Assembly (NCBI GenBank): GCA_963422645.2
Contig: CAXXVO010000007.1
Location: 256,001 to 320,000, forward strand
Direction: 5' to 3'
Length of the DNA: 64,000 bases
DNA from: Alphaproteobacteria bacterium
GTDB taxonomy: Bacteria; Pseudomonadota; Alphaproteobacteria; UBA828
Shown: positions 42,725 through 52,636 of the stretch, one piece after another
How the letters are laid out: every line of letters begins with the position of its first letter
Numbering within the stretch: position 1 is the stretch's first letter
The notes under the pieces: generated by a model
Told to the model about the DNA's origin: nothing
The model's database searches: none
What the model saw: the letters and a program-made list of their open reading frames with translations, nothing else
Translations under genes and position numbers: made by a program

Positions 42725-43905
42725 GTGACCCTGCCCCGCATCCTTCTCGCCGTCGCCGTCGCGGCCCTGCTCACCGTGCCCGCGATGGCGGTCCTGTTCG
42801 TCGCGCCCGCGATGGCGGACGACCTCGCCGCGCCCGCGATGGCGGGCGACCTGCGGCCTGCAAGCCTCGCCCCGCTCGGCCCGCCGCCGGTCCCGGCGGA
42901 CAATCCCATGTCGGACGAGAAGGTTGAGCTCGGCAAGATGCTCTTCTTCGATCCGATCCTCTCCGGCAACGCCGGCATGCCCTGCTCGGCCTGCCACCTG
43001 CCCGAGGCCGGCTGGTCCGTGCCCTTTGCGGTCAGCATCGGCTACCCCGGCAGCATTCACTGGCGCAACAGCCAGACCATCATCAACTCGGCCTATTACG
43101 GGAAGCTCTTCTGGGCGGGCGCATCCAAGTCACTGGAGGCGCAGGCGCGCTCGGCGGCGCGCGGTGCCGTCGCCGGCAATGGCGAGGACGACATGATGGA
43201 GGCGCGGCTCGCCTTCGTGCCCGAGTACCGCGAGCGCTTCCGCGACGTGTTCGGCGACGACTGGCCCAACGTCCGCCATGCCTACATGGCGATCGCGGCC
43301 TTCGAGCGGACCCTGGTGCAGACCGACACGCCCTTCGACCGCTACATGCGGGGCGAGGACGGCGCGCTGAGCGCCGCCCAGAAGCGCGGCCTCGCGCTCT
43401 TCGACGGCAAGGCGAACTGCACCACCTGCCACAACGGCCCGCTGCTGACGGACGAGCGCTTTTACTGGGTGTGCCGCCCTACGACGGCTGGGAAGACGAC
43501 GAGCTTGCGCAGATCACCTTCCGCTTCGAGCTCTATGCCAAGGGTTCGACCGAGGCCTTCTACCGCGCCACCAAGGACGACCCCGGCCTCTACTTCCGCA
43601 CCAAGGCGAAGGAGCATCTCGGCAAGTTCCGCACGCCGAGCCTGCGCTACACCGCGTACACGGCGCCCTACATGCACAACGGCATGCTGGAGACGCTGGA
43701 GGACGTGGTCGCGTTCTACAACCTGGGCGGCGGCGAGAACGAGTTCGCCGAGACCAAGACCTCCCTGATCCAGCCGCTCGGCCTCACGCAAGCCGAGATG
43801 GACGACCTGGTCGCCTTCCTCGAGAGCCTTTCGGGAGAGGAAATCCTGATGGAGGAGCCGGAGCTGCCCGAGATGGAGCCGCTCCCGCTCGCCGCGCGAG
43901 ACTGA
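42725..43905 (+). CDS. idrP: Di-haem cytochrome c peroxidase/MauG-family protein (IdrP-like, second copy); frameshift near 43465
   Basis: CSACH and CTTCH in ORF 42725; C-terminal GKFRTPSLRYTAYTAPYMHNG in ORF 43471..43905; frames join at ...DERFY/LGVPP. Confidence 0.85.
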
Positions 43906-43917
43906 GAGGCCTGCGCC

Positions 43918-44505
43918 ATGACGATCGATAGCCGCATCGCTGCAGGCGTGTCCGGCCCCAACGGCGCCGCCGCCGAGGAGACCGAGGGCACGCCCTGCCT
44001 GATGACCCGACGCAGCTTCCTGCTGCTCGGCGGGCTGACCACTGCCGTGGTCATGGTCGGCGTTCCCGGCCTCGCGCAGGCGGAGACGCCGGCGGTGGTG
44101 GCCACCTATCCCAAGAAGCTCATCGCCAAGTTCTCGTCGCTGATCGTCGACGAGCCGGTGGACTTCACCTACCCGGACGAGGGCGAGTATTCGGAATCGA
44201 TGCTGGTCAGGCTCGGGACCGAGGCGGGCGGCGGGATCGGGCCGGAGCGGGATGTCGTGGCCTTCAACTACACCTGCACCCACCAGGGCGGGCCGCTCTT
44301 CGGCACCTACAAGCCGCTAGACAAGGCGCTCGGCCCCTGCCCGCTACACCTCACGACCTTCGACCTGGTGCGCCACGGCATATTCATCTCGGGCCAGGCC
44401 TATCAGTCGCTGCCGCAGGTGCTGCTGGAGCTTGAAGGCGACGACATCTACGCGACCGGAATGTTCGGCCTGATTTACGGCCGCTTCGACAATCTTCAGG
44501 GCTGA
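43918..44505 (+). CDS. idrB: Rieske [2Fe-2S] small subunit with Tat signal (IdrB/AioB-like)
   Basis: TRRSFLL twin-Arg, CTHQGG...GPCPLH, GQAYQSLPQVLL. Confidence 0.85.
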   Translation: MTIDSRIAAGVSGPNGAAAEETEGTPCLMTRRSFLLLGGLTTAVVMVGVPGLAQAETPAVVATYPKKLIAKFSSLIVDEPVDFTYPDEGEYSESMLVRLGTEAGGGIGPERDVVAFNYTCTHQGGPLFGTYKPLDKALGPCPLHLTTFDLVRHGIFISGQAYQSLPQVLLELEGDDIYATGMFGLIYGRFDNLQG

Positions 44506-44517
44506 GGAAGCAGAGGC

Positions 44518-47193
44518 ATGGCCACCCCCTACTACGTGCCCGAAGAGAGCGTGCCGCTGCCGCCGCCGGACGCGGAGGTCATCTCGACCGCGTGCGACTA
44601 TTGCATCGTGGCCTGCGGCTACAAGGTCTATCGCTGGCCGGTGCGGGGCGGCAAGACGGGCGGACCCACCGCCGACCAGAACGCGCTGGATGCCGACTTC
44701 CCGGTCGAGCCGCTCGGCGCATGGGTCGCGCCCAACCAGCACAACATCGTGCTGCACGAGGGCGAGCCCCACCACATCGTCATCATCCCCGACAAGGACA
44801 CCGAGTTCGTCAACTACACGGGCAACTCCTCGATCCGCGGCGGCGCCATCGCGCAGAAGGTCTACAACCCGGAGACGCCCACGCGTGATCGCCTGAAGTC
44901 GCCGCTGATCAGGATGTTCGGCGTGCTCATGCCGGTGCCGTGGGACTTCGCGCTCGATATCGCTGCCCAGGTGGGCAACCACGTGCTCGATGCGCACGGC
45001 ACCAACGCCTACTGCGTCAAGACCTTCTCCTACGGCTACATGGAGAACACCTACGCCATCACCAAGTACGCGCTCCGCAACGTGCGGACCGCGAACTTCA
45101 CCTTCCACGACACCCCGTCGGACGTGACCTCGACACCCGGTTTCCGCGACGCAGGCTTCGACAATTTCGCGCCCTCCTACGAGGACTGGCGCGATGCCGA
45201 CGTACTGCTGATGTGCGGCACCGACCCTTACGAGACCAAGACCATCCTGTTCACCGACTGGATCATGCCCGGCATCCAGAACGGCCAGCGCGCGATCTTC
45301 CTCTTGCCGAGACGCACCGGCGGCGTCGCATACGCCGAAGACAACGGCGGGATGATGATCGACATCCTGCCCGGTACCGACCTGCCCGTCGTGCTCGCGA
45401 TCGCCCGCGTGATCGTCGAGAACAGCTGGGAAGACTCGGCGTGGATCCGCGACTGGGTCAACAACAAGTGGGAGAGCTCGTCGGGCTTCGGCCAGGGCAC
45501 CCGCAACACGCCGTGGCAGTGGCGTACCACCTGGGGCAAGTTCCAGACCGACGGCTTCGAGGACTGGAAGGCGTGGCTGCTGGCCCAGGACTACGCGGTG
45601 CCCGAGAAAGCCGCCGAGATCGCCCAGATCGATGTCCAGAAGATCTACACCGCCGCCGAGTGGATGGCGAAGCCGCGCGCCGACGGCTCCAGGCCCAAGA
45701 CCTCGATCATGATCGAGAAAGGCTTCTACTGGTCCAACAACACCGGCAACACCAACGCCATCTCGTCGCTGGGCATCATCTGCGGCTGCGGCGGTCGGCC
45801 GGGGCAGGTGATCGGCCGAGCCGGCGGGCACCAGCGGGGCGGGCTCAGGGGCGGCGGCTATCCCCGCAACCTGAGCCCCGAGAAGCTGCCCGGCCGGCGC
45901 CGGCGCGCGCTCGACACCGACCGCTACCTGATGAGCGGCCACACGCGGCTCGCCCACGTCATCGGCACGACCTGGGTGCAGGCGATGTGCGGCACGCAGT
46001 CGTTGCAGGCGAAGTTCGACGAGCTCACGACGCAGAACCCGCACCAGGTGCAGAGCTTCGATCCCGCCGACATCGTCGACACCCTCAAGCGGCGGGCCGA
46101 TTCCGGCGGCATGGTGGTGTGGAACCAGGACATCTACCTGGTCGACCCCATCGGCGCCCGCTACGCCGACATCGTCTTCCCCGCCGCCGGCTGGGGCGAG
46201 GAGACCTTCACCCGCGCCAATGGCGAACGGCGCATCCGCCTCTACCCGAAGTTCTACGACGCGCCCGGCGACGCGAAGCCCGATTGGTGGATCATCGCCC
46301 AGCTCGCCAAGAGGATGGGTTTCGAGGGCTTCGACTGGAGGGACTCCAACGAGGTGTTGGAGGAAGGCGCGCGCTTCTCGCGCGGCTCGCGCAAGGACTT
46401 CTTCATGGTCAAGGTCGCGGCCCAGCGCGAGGGCAAGACGCTCCACGAAAAGCTCCGCGAATTCGGAACCAACGGCATCCAGGGCCCGGTCCTGATGCGC
46501 CCGGACGGCACACTCGAGGAGACCAAGCGCCTCCACGACGTGTACCGAATTCTGCCGGAAAAAGGCCCTGCCGGCGGCACGGTCTTCAACAAGAAGCTCA
46601 CGCACTTCAATACCCAGACCGGCAAGTGCAATCTGCAGAAGGCGCCGTGGAGCCTCTTCTCCAGCTACTGGGAGTGGCTGAAGCCGCGCCAGGACGAGAT
46701 CTGGATCACCTCGGGGCGGATCAACGAGCGCTGGCAGTCGGGCTACGACGACCGCAGGCGCCCCTACATCGTGCAGCGCTGGCCCGAGAACTGGATCGAG
46801 CTTCATCCCGACGACGCCGGCGCGCGCGGCATCGAGTCCGGCGATTATGTGATGTGCTACTCCGACCGCGTGCCGGTGCAGACCAACACCATCATCGGCG
46901 TCGAGAGAGACGACTTCGACTTCTCCTCGCTGCTGCGCGAAGGCCATATCGAGCTGACGCGCGCCGCCATCACCGCCGTCGCCATCGTGACGCCGGCGAT
47001 CAAGCAGGGCGTCGGCTACATGGATTTTTTGCACACCAGCCAGCCCGCGAACGCGCTGGTGGGCCGCGTGGTCGATTGGATCAGCGGCAACTACAACTAC
47101 AAGATGGGCGTGGGACGGGTCCGGCGGCTCGGCGAGAGCCCCTACAAGCGCCAGTACCGCTCCATGTCGTTCGCACGCCGCGACATCGCCTGA
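44518..47193 (+). CDS. idrA: DMSO-reductase-family molybdoenzyme large subunit, IdrA/AioA-like (probable iodate reductase)
   Basis: VPLPPPDAE, CDYCIVACGY (Cx2Cx3C) and GNSSIRG [3Fe-4S] signature, EKGFYWSNN, RAGGHQ, RANGERR, GRINERWQS; two CCP genes upstream. Confidence 0.78.
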   Translation: MATPYYVPEESVPLPPPDAEVISTACDYCIVACGYKVYRWPVRGGKTGGPTADQNALDADFPVEPLGAWVAPNQHNIVLHEGEPHHIVIIPDKDTEFVNYTGNSSIRGGAIAQKVYNPETPTRDRLKSPLIRMFGVLMPVPWDFALDIAAQVGNHVLDAHGTNAYCVKTFSYGYMENTYAITKYALRNVRTANFTFHDTPSDVTSTPGFRDAGFDNFAPSYEDWRDADVLLMCGTDPYETKTILFTDWIMPGIQNGQRAIFLLPRRTGGVAYAEDNGGMMIDILPGTDLPVVLAIARVIVENSWEDSAWIRDWVNNKWESSSGFGQGTRNTPWQWRTTWGKFQTDGFEDWKAWLLAQDYAVPEKAAEIAQIDVQKIYTAAEWMAKPRADGSRPKTSIMIEKGFYWSNNTGNTNAISSLGIICGCGGRPGQVIGRAGGHQRGGLRGGGYPRNLSPEKLPGRRRRALDTDRYLMSGHTRLAHVIGTTWVQAMCGTQSLQAKFDELTTQNPHQVQSFDPADIVDTLKRRADSGGMVVWNQDIYLVDPIGARYADIVFPAAGWGEETFTRANGERRIRLYPKFYDAPGDAKPDWWIIAQLAKRMGFEGFDWRDSNEVLEEGARFSRGSRKDFFMVKVAAQREGKTLHEKLREFGTNGIQGPVLMRPDGTLEETKRLHDVYRILPEKGPAGGTVFNKKLTHFNTQTGKCNLQKAPWSLFSSYWEWLKPRQDEIWITSGRINERWQSGYDDRRRPYIVQRWPENWIELHPDDAGARGIESGDYVMCYSDRVPVQTNTIIGVERDDFDFSSLLREGHIELTRAAITAVAIVTPAIKQGVGYMDFLHTSQPANALVGRVVDWISGNYNYKMGVGRVRRLGESPYKRQYRSMSFARRDIA

Positions 47194-49431
47194 GCGCGCG
47201 CGGCCTCCGACATCGATCCCGCACAGACCATCGCGCCCTATCTCGCCGCGCCGGATGACGTCATCCGCTGCGCCGCCGCGCGCGCGCTCGGTGCGCTGGG
47301 CGGAGATGCTGCAGCTGCGCCGCTGGCGGGCCTGCTCATGGACCCCGACCCGGACCTCCGCGCGGATGCGATGGCGGCGCTCGCGCGCTGCGCCCGGCCC
47401 GAGGACGCCCCCGCCATCCGTCGCTCGCTGGCAGGCGACCCCGTGGGAGAGGTCAAGGTGGCCGCCATTCAGGCTCTTGCGCGGCTGAAGGACGGGGACT
47501 CGGTTCCGCTCCTGCGCGCTCTGGCGCTAAGCCGGTGCGAAACCGAGGTCGCGTGGGAGGAGCCGGGCAGCGGATGGGACGACTGGCTCGACGTCCAGGT
47601 GGCCGCGATCGGGGCGCTCGGCGCCATCGGCGCGGAGGAGGCGGTCGACGATCTGGTCCACGCCCGGGACGACGAGATGGGCCAGGACCTCGACCACGTC
47701 GTGTTCGCTGCGCTTGCCCAGCTTCCCGATCGCGGCGTTCCGGCGCTGCGCGGCTTTTTCCAACATGGCGATGCGCGCGTCCGCGAGCGCGCTTTCGATA
47801 CCTTGGCAGGCGCCGGGCGCGAGGCATTGACGCCGCTGCGCGAGACTCTGGTTCGAGACCGGAGCCCGGGCGTGCGGCGCCTCGCCGTCGACTGCTTCGA
47901 TGAAGACGCCGAGGCACTCGCCGCCCTCGCCTTGAAGGACCCGGACGCCGGCGTTCGCTGTGCCGCCCTCGCCCGCGCAATGCCGGCCCGCCCCGATGTC
48001 GGGCGCTCCGCGCTCCGCGACCCGGACGAGAGCGTGCGCGCAGTCGCGCTGGAAGCGCGCGAAAGCAAGCCTGCGGGCGATGACGAGCCCGATCTCGTCG
48101 CCAACGTGGAGGCGTGGCTGCGTAGCGCCGGCGTCTCGCTCGCGACGGTCTGCGCGGCCGTGCTGCCGACGCTTGCCGGCGCGCGATCCCTGCATGCGCT
48201 CGGCGAGACGGCCCACGACAGCGAGCGGCCGCCGGAGGTGAGAATCGCCGCCCTCCATTCCCTGGGACGGATCGGGACCGAGGAGAGCGTCGACCTGCTG
48301 CGCCACGCGGCCGTAGACGGCTCGCGTCAAGTGCGGCTCGCGGCGCTCACGTCGCTGGTCGAAATCACGCGGAGCGCACCGGCCGATATCGGGGATGGTG
48401 CGCGTGCGGTGCTGATGGAAGCGGTGCGCGGCGCCCTCGCGCCGGCGCTGCCTGCCGAGGAGGCGGGCACCGGGAGCGCCACCCCGAGCGCGCCTGTGGA
48501 TGCGGCGCCGGGCGAATCGGAGCAAGGCGCTCCGACGCCTGACGACGAGATGCCTCCCGCCCCGACGCCATCGGCCTCCGACGACCGGGCTTCGGACACC
48601 GCTTCGACCGAGCCGGCGTATCCCCGCTCGACGCTCGAAGCGATCGGCGGGCGCCCGGTCGCGGCGGCCCGGTCGGAGGCCGCGCCCTCCTCTTCGGACG
48701 GGGGCGCAGGGCCACCCGAGCGCAGGCCGAGACGGCGGCCCGGGCGGGTCGCGGTCGACGGTCCCGATGACTTCGGCCAGGACCTGCGACTGACTGCGCT
48801 CCGACTGGCGGCCGCGTGCAAGGGCGGCCAGTTCGATGATGCGTTGGCGGAGACGGCGGCGTCGACGACGCCGGCGCTGCGCGCTGCCGCCTTCGAGGCA
48901 ATTGCCCGGCGCGCCGCCGCGATGTCCCTCGCGCCCAGCCTGACCGATATTGTCGTGGTCGCCTTGAAGGACGGCGATCCGACCCTTCGCGCGGCCGCAG
49001 CGCGGGCGCTCGCCGCGCGGAGCGACGCGGCCCCTCACCTCGCCCCGCTGCTCGATGACCCTGACGACAGCGTGCGTGCGGTTGCGTTGAAGGCAGTTGC
49101 GGCGGCCGATCCCGAAGAGGCTGCCCGCGGCTTCGGCGATCCCTCGGCAATCGTCCGTGTTGCGGCACTGGACGCCGCCGCCGGATGCGGGCAGGACCAC
49201 CTCGTCGAGCAGGCCATAAGGGCGCTCGCCGAGGGCGGCTTCACGGACACGCTGCATCAGGCCTGCCGCCGTCACCCCTTCGCACGGCAGGCCCTGCTCG
49301 CGATGCTGCGCAAGGCCGACTCCCTTCCTCCGCAGCGCCTCCTCATGATCCTCCAGGCCCTGACCCACGCCGCCGCCGTCAATGCAGGTGTGGCGGCCGA
49401 CCGGGACACGGCAGCGCGGGAGGTCGTCTGA
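47194..49431 (+). CDS. HEAT-repeat protein; start unresolved (first ATG 47338)
   Basis: Repeated D.D..VR..A..AL units; HEAT-like sequence (DDVIRCAAARALGALG) extends upstream in frame to the idrA stop; Pro/Ser-rich linker mid-protein. Confidence 0.8.
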   Translation, partial: ARAASDIDPAQTIAPYLAAPDDVIRCAAARALGALGGDAAAAPLAGLLMDPDPDLRADAMAALARCARPEDAPAIRRSLAGDPVGEVKVAAIQALARLKDGDSVPLLRALALSRCETEVAWEEPGSGWDDWLDVQVAAIGALGAIGAEEAVDDLVHARDDEMGQDLDHVVFAALAQLPDRGVPALRGFFQHGDARVRERAFDTLAGAGREALTPLRETLVRDRSPGVRRLAVDCFDEDAEALAALALKDPDAGVRCAALARAMPARPDVGRSALRDPDESVRAVALEARESKPAGDDEPDLVANVEAWLRSAGVSLATVCAAVLPTLAGARSLHALGETAHDSERPPEVRIAALHSLGRIGTEESVDLLRHAAVDGSRQVRLAALTSLVEITRSAPADIGDGARAVLMEAVRGALAPALPAEEAGTGSATPSAPVDAAPGESEQGAPTPDDEMPPAPTPSASDDRASDTASTEPAYPRSTLEAIGGRPVAAARSEAAPSSSDGGAGPPERRPRRRPGRVAVDGPDDFGQDLRLTALRLAAACKGGQFDDALAETAASTTPALRAAAFEAIARRAAAMSLAPSLTDIVVVALKDGDPTLRAAAARALAARSDAAPHLAPLLDDPDDSVRAVALKAVAAADPEEAARGFGDPSAIVRVAALDAAAGCGQDHLVEQAIRALAEGGFTDTLHQACRRHPFARQALLAMLRKADSLPPQRLLMILQALTHAAAVNAGVAADRDTAAREVV

Positions 49432-49634
49432 CACGGATCGCGGGTCGCCCTGGCAGCCTTCCGACGGAGGGCACCGCCGGAAGGCATCGGAACGGCTCAG
49501 CCCCGCCGGCTGTCAGGGATCCAGGCGGACGACGCCGTCTGCCACCAGCACGCGGTCATCGAGGCGGACGGTCGGCCGGTAGATCACCATGTCGAGATGA
49601 ACGGGGCAGCGCACGGTGCCGCCGTAATAGATGT

Positions 49635-51514
49635 GTAACTGCCCAGGTCGTCTGATTTGTCATTTTGGGCCAGTGGATTGAGGCGTTTCTCGTTCGGAGT
49701 TGGTGGAAAGGGCTTGACGGGAATTTCGGGAAATGACTCAACAACGACATGAGCAATCCCGAGTCGCCGCGCGGCCCTTCGACGGGAGCAGCGCCCGAAA
49801 CGCCCGCGCAGAAGATCGCCCGCCTGGAGGAGGAGAACGCCCGGCTTCGGGAGGAAAATGCCTGGCTTCGGCAGCAGAACGCGCGGCTGGAAGAGCAAGT
49901 CGCGCGTCTCGTCGAGCGCATCGAGGAGTTGGAGCGCCGTCTCGGCCTCAACAGCGTCAAGCCGCCTTCGAGCGATGGGCTGAGGAAGCCGAATTCGAAG
50001 CGGCGAACCCGAAGCCTGCGCGGCAAATCGGGCCGCAAGCCCGGTGGCCAGCCCGGCCACAAGGGCAAGACGCTGCGCCGCGCCGATCACCCGGATCGGG
50101 TGAAGGATCACGTCCCGGCTTCCTGCAAGGGATGCGGTTCGCCGCTTTCGGACGCGGCCAGGGCGGGAACGCCCGTCGCCCGCCAGGTGTTCGATCTGCC
50201 CGAGCCGAGCCCCCTGGAGGTGACCGAGCACCGGGCGCATGCCAAGTGCTGCGGGCATTGCGGGACGGTGACCCGGGCGGCGTTCCCCGACGGGGTGTCG
50301 GCGCCGGTGCAGTACGGCCCGCGCATTGCCGGGGTGGCGGTCTACCTTCAGCACGCTCACTTCCTGCCGGAGGATCGGCTGTCGCAGGTGATGGCCGAGC
50401 TCTTCGGCGCGCCGGTGACGGCTGCGACGTTGGCGACGATGAGCGAGAGGGCGGCCGAGCGGCTTGCGGGACGCGGCCTTGCACATACAGGACCTGGCGG
50501 CGGGCACGGCGCGGGTGAAACACATGGACGAGACCGGCTTGCGGATCGGCGGTCAGACGCAGTGGCTTCATGTGATCTGCACGCCGCTGCTGGCGGCGTA
50601 CCGGGTCAGCGGCAAGCGCGGCGCCCTGCTCTCGGGTGTCTCCGGCATCGTCGTGCACGATCACTGGAAGCCGTACTTCGCGATGGAAGGGGTGGAGCAC
50701 GGCCTGTGCAACGCCCATCACCTGCGGGAGTTGCAGGCGCTGGTGGACATCGAAGGGGAGGCTTGGGCCCGGCGGATGCAGCAGCTCCTGCGCCGAGCCA
50801 ATCGCGCCGCCCGCATCGCGCTGGACAAGGATATCGCCGTTCCGGCGAGGCTTGTGGCGCTGATCGAGCGCCGATACGACGAGATCATCGCCGATGCGCT
50901 GGCCTTTCACGAGAGCCAACCACCGTTCTCGCCTGGCAAGAGGAAGAAGCGCCGGAAGCGAAGGATCGGTCACAATCCGGCCTTGAGGCTGCGCGACCAC
51001 AAATGCGCGGTGCTCCGGTTCCTGATCGACCTCGAGGTCGGGTTCACGAACAACGAGGCCGAGCGCGACCTTCGGATGATGAAGCTGCGCCAGAAGATCT
51101 CCGGGGGCTTCCGGTCCGCGCAGGGGGCCGAGAACTTCGCCATCCTGCGCAGCGTCATCACCACCGCCAGAAAGCAGGGCTGGAATATCATCGAAGCCCT
51201 GACCAGCCCATCGGATCGGCTCATCGCCACCGTCAAGTGCGCGTAAGCTCACCTGGCACGGGTTCTCCAACAGCGGAGCCATTCTCATAAACGATCATGG
51301 TCGACGCCGTGCTGGACCACCCCATAGAATGAAAATCGGTGCCCGTCGCGCGGGCGGACTTCGGGCCACATCGGGGTAGCTTACCGGTCGCAGTCCGCAA
51401 GAGGGGCATCGTGAGCTGTGAAACCCGGCGACCCCAGAGGAGCACACGGGCGTCGCGTGGGTAGCGTTGTGCCGAATCCCAGAGAATTTTCACAGCAAGA
51501 ACCTGGGCAGTTAC
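49635..51514 (+). mobile_element. IS66-family element (single-ORF ISBst12-type), complete
   Basis: 14-bp terminal IR GTAACTGCCCAGGT; 8-bp target duplication ATAGATGT at 49627-49634 and 51515-51522. Confidence 0.95.
49749..51246 (+). pseudogene. IS66 transposase, frameshift near 50463
   Basis: Coiled coil, KPPSSDG, KPGGQPGHKG, CxxC, RQVFDLP in the first frame; HMDETG, CNAHHLREL, FTNNEAERDLR, KISGGFRS in the second. Confidence 0.9.
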
Positions 51515-52605
51515 ATAGATGTTGTCTCCGAACGCGATGTGGACGTTGCCGCGCGCCTTCTTCTCTTCCTGGAAGCTGCCGTTCCTGAGGCTCGCGCCGT
51601 TGAGGCCGATCCCGAACTCCGCGATGTTGTCGGCTTCGGGCACCGTCTCCACGATGTGGCGCAGATGCTCGGCCTCAGGCCCCTCCCCGCTCACGCTCAC
51701 GGCCCTGCCGCCCCGCACCTCGACCCTGATCGGGGTTGCCGGCCGGGCGATGCCCGTGCCCGGTCCGTTGATCACGATCACGCCCTCGGCCTTGCCTTCG
51801 AGCGGGCGGGAGGAGACCTCCCCGTCCGAGAAAGCCGCGTTCCTGCCCGGCTCGGTGGCGTAGCCGCACTCCACGACCACCTCGTCCGCCCCGATCGGCG
51901 CCACGATATCGGTGCCCGCGTCGGTCGTGATGTGCATGGTGCGCCCGGCCGCCCAGATTGACGCCAGCGCCTGGCCTTCGGTGAGGAGCTCCCGGTAGTC
52001 GGCCAGCGCGCCGCCGCCGGTGAAATTGTCCAGGCCACGCATCACCATGGACATGGTGCGTATCCGCTTCGCCTTCAGCAGCTCCTTGACGCTCGCAGCG
52101 TAGGCTGGCGCGCCGCCGGAACCGGTCAGGCTGATCAACACGTCCGTCCTCTCGAACGCCGCCTCGATCATCGGGCTGAGCTCGTTCTTTCGCTCCGGTG
52201 GGCGCGAGGGCTGGTGCAGGATGGCGCATTCGGCTCCGATGCCGCCTGCAACGCTGGCCAGCGCATGGACCATCTCCATCGCGCTGTGATCGTCGATGAC
52301 GATCGCCACGTTCTCGCCGGGCCCGATCGCGAGCAGCTCCCGCCCGACGAGGCGGGCACTCTCCGCTACGCTGATGGTCGCCGACGTCACGGCTCCCCTC
52401 TCTGGATCACTCGTGGGCTCGAATGGCGGAAAAGCTGCTGCAGATCGCCATTCAGTGCCATGCGCCCCAAGGCTGGAGTCGATCGAAAGCGGCTCCCACT
52501 CTGCGAATCGATGCTACCGGTCCTCGCCCGGCATGCATAGAACGACCTATTCGATCTCTCGCACGAATGCGTCGCCAGTCACCTGATCGAGAAGTCTATT
52601 AGAAT

Positions 52606-52636
52606 GTAACTGCCCAGGTTCTTGCTGTGAAAATTC
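52606..52636 (-). mobile_element. 31-bp stub of the right end of the first IS66 type
   Basis: GTAACTGCCCAGGTTCTTGCTGTGAAAATTC is the exact reverse complement of 51484-51514. Confidence 0.9.

Larger units (their letters stand above)
49513..52390 (-). pseudogene. M29 (aminopeptidase T-like) metallopeptidase-family gene split by IS66
   Basis: 5' part 52390-51515 ends ...AEFGIGLN...EEKKARGNVHIAFGDNIY; 3' part 49634-49513 resumes YGGTVRCPVHLDMVIYRPTVRLDDRVLVADGVVRLDP*. Confidence 0.88.

Noticed and set aside
43918-47193. Canonical arsenite oxidase aioBA
   Set aside because: Not excluded, but two CCP genes and no aioXSR/ars context favour the Idr-like clade; needs phylogeny
47191-47260. Selenocysteine recoding of the idrA TGA
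   Set aside because: The codon sits at a plausible natural C-terminus, not a catalytic position, and I could not identify a SECIS hairpin
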